Source of the DNA: Gordius albopunctatus
Lineage: Eukaryota
Assembly (NCBI GenBank): GCA_964276515.1
Contig: OZ193909.1
Location: forward strand, 5,890,001-5,954,000
Reading direction: 5' to 3'
DNA: 64,000 nt
Within the stretch, counting starts at the first letter, position 1. The number at the start of each line of letters is the position of its first letter. The notes under the pieces are model-generated. The model was not told the origin of the DNA and ran no database searches. It saw nothing but the letters and a program-made list of their open reading frames with translations. This document shows positions 60,678-64,000 of the stretch, piece by piece. Both the position numbers and the translations under genes were made by a program.

Positions 60678-61193
60678 AGGCAACATAGAACTTTAGCGTA
60701 CATTCCACATCGTCAGTTATCCTCTAAAATAGCTTTACAAGATTTTGGACTCGTTTCATAAATTTTAAAGTCACTTATACTTAAATATGCAGCAGACGAC
60801 TGTAGAAATTTGCGAAATGATTTTACTAATTAATAAAAATCACTAAAATGTACGAAGTATAGGAAAAACTGTTTCTCATAAACTCAAGATAGGTCATAAA
60901 ATCGTCGAGTGGTTCAAAGAGTCGTCCTGCTTTTAAAGATAAGGATTTATTGCGTGCAGGCGGTTGCTTATCCTGACGGAAGTTGAGCTATGATTATCTC
61001 AAATTTCGATTATTACTGAAAGTGAGGCTGTTAAAAATTTATTAAAGGACTTTAATAAATGATACAACTCTAATTAAGCCCTTTAAAGTAAGGGGAAAGA
61101 TCTTCATAATATGCTACCATATTCAGATAAGCGACCATTTGGCTTATTTGTAAATCCATATGATAAAGCGGCGGGTTTTTTAAATAATAAATT

Positions 61194-62181
<988 letters not shown>

Positions 62182-62499
62182 GTAAGTTTACCCAACAAAT
62201 AAATATCATTTAATGCAACAATGTCATATAGAAGGTTTCATTTTTTTATTAAAATAAGTTTTTAATTAATTTAATTAACTGAGCACGTTTACCATGCTCT
62301 ATATCTTTTTGCTAAATCATGACTACCTCCCTCTAACCCCCTTCAAATAAATTGGCCTAAAACATGGCTATAATAATATTTATAAAGTTATTATTATATA
62401 TGTAATTAATATGGGAAAGCGAGTTAAGTGCATCTAATAATGTGAAAAGTGCTAGTTGTGGCACTCAGATCAATTTGGTGGGCTATGTAAGGTGTTAAA

Positions 62500-63900
62500 G
62501 GGCAGAAGGTACAGGCTAAAGGATTAGGTTTAACAAGGAATAAGTAATGTGACATGCTGAATTCAGGGAAAATACTTTGTGTGAAGATCAGTGGGATGCT
62601 ATTCCCTGCAAAATGTGGTCAACTGGATAATTGGCATTAAGTGAAAGCAAGCTTATTAAAGAATTTAAGGAGTTCTGGCGGTGGAACAAATAAGTGCAAA
62701 AATGGAATTTACCTAGCTGAGTGGATCTCAAATAAGGAAGTCAAAGCTCCTATAAGTAAACCTAAATATGGAAACATACTCTGGACAACATTGAATTTCC
62801 AACAACATCTTGAAGCAGGTTAAATGCCTATCGAGAAAGGCATATCAATTTACAAGAACATTATGAAAAGTGATATTCCGGATTGTAGCAACTATAGACG
62901 GATAAAGTTCATGAGTCACACTTTTAAAGTTTTGACAAGTGATCAAAAAACATCTTCAAAGTTTAATAAAAATTTGAGACAACCAATTTAGGATTTATAT
63001 CAGATATCAACAGCTCGTGGTTTGAACAGTGTTAGAAGATTAATGGAAATGTTAAGGGAAAAGGAGAAGGATTTGCACATCTGTTGTATCGAAATAGAAA
63101 AGCGTTTGATAAAGTTCCTAGAACATTAGTTTGGAAATTTGGTGCCAGAGTTTTATGGGAGGGCCATAGATGCTATGTCAAGGGAATTAGAGCATTTGTT
63201 AGAACTACAAATGGGACAAGTTTTGCCATTAGCATTGGAGTCCATCAAAGTTTAGCTTTTATTCCCTTTCTAATCATAATGATAATGAATAGTATTACAA
63301 AGGGAGAGGAAGCACCATTACCAGATGTTTGCAGACCATATAATCCTGTGTGCTAAGGTGAACACTGGTTAGTACTTTGAACAGATCAGTCAATGCCACA
63401 AAAGAAAGTAATATCAGAAATCTATGAAGAAAAGTATAAATTAGATTGTAATCCACAACGTGCATCCCTTAAAAGTATGGGAAGATAGAAAAGTGTAAAA
63501 TTCAAATAATATACACATCATGCAGATGGTCGAATGTGCAAAAACCCAAGAGAAAATTAATGCTTGATGACTTAAATGGAGGGATTTAGCAAGAGTTTTG
63601 CATGACAAAATAATTTAAACAAGACTGAAAGGTTAAGTATAGCTCGAAATAAGGGCTATATGGAACAAGCAAGATCAACATTTAGCATCTATGGAGATGA
63701 GAATGCAAAGATATATGTTAGGGGTAAACAAGAAGGAACACTGCAATGATGAAATAATCAGTAATATAAGTACACCTTATATGAAGCAATAGCTTGTAAC
63801 AGATTCAGATGTTATGGAGATGTAAAAAGACAAGTGGTGGCTGTCAGAAAGAAATTGAAAGGAAAAAACACAGGGAAAAGGAAAAATATGAAGACCTTAA
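62500..63900 (+). pseudogene. Decayed RTE-clade LINE in a MASTL intron
   Basis: Motifs KSDIPDCSNYRRIKFMSHTFKV, EKDLHICCIEIEKAFDKVPR and ISIGVHQSLAFIPFL; many stops and frameshifts. Confidence 0.8.
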
Positions 63901-64000
63901 CTTACATGGAATTACAAATTAAAGCATGTTATGAAAACATATTAGACAAAAAAGATATATGTAAATAAAAGACAAATGGAATTTAATGTTAAATGGACTG

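Overview
AT-rich, repeat-dense eukaryotic DNA, probably from an invertebrate animal; the species cannot be determined from the sequence. I could assemble three spliced genes by hand. (1) A complete NEMP1/TMEM194 inner-nuclear-membrane gene on the minus strand (7 exons, about 502 aa). (2) A PKA catalytic subunit on the plus strand: 9 core exons at 48972-54798, plus up to four candidate alternative first exons spread over 20 kb. (3) The first six exons of a Greatwall/MASTL kinase on the plus strand, continuing beyond the window. The rest is largely transposon debris: many hAT-type MITEs and deletion derivatives with verifiable 8-bp TSDs, often nested; a piggyBac MITE; Helitron/Helentron-like elements; two Gypsy remnants; a solo LTR; and two decayed RTE LINEs. 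Leads worth follow-up are a dispersed 20-bp quasi-palindrome (ATAAATTGCATAGCAATTAA, 7 copies, not inside any larger repeat), the PKA alternative N-termini including a tandem-donor on/off arrangement, loss of the PKA Ser338 site, very short introns with weak donor sites, and a hAT deletion series in which one copy keeps an intact spliced 160-aa dimerization-domain-only ORF. All calls come from manual reading; no database searches were run.
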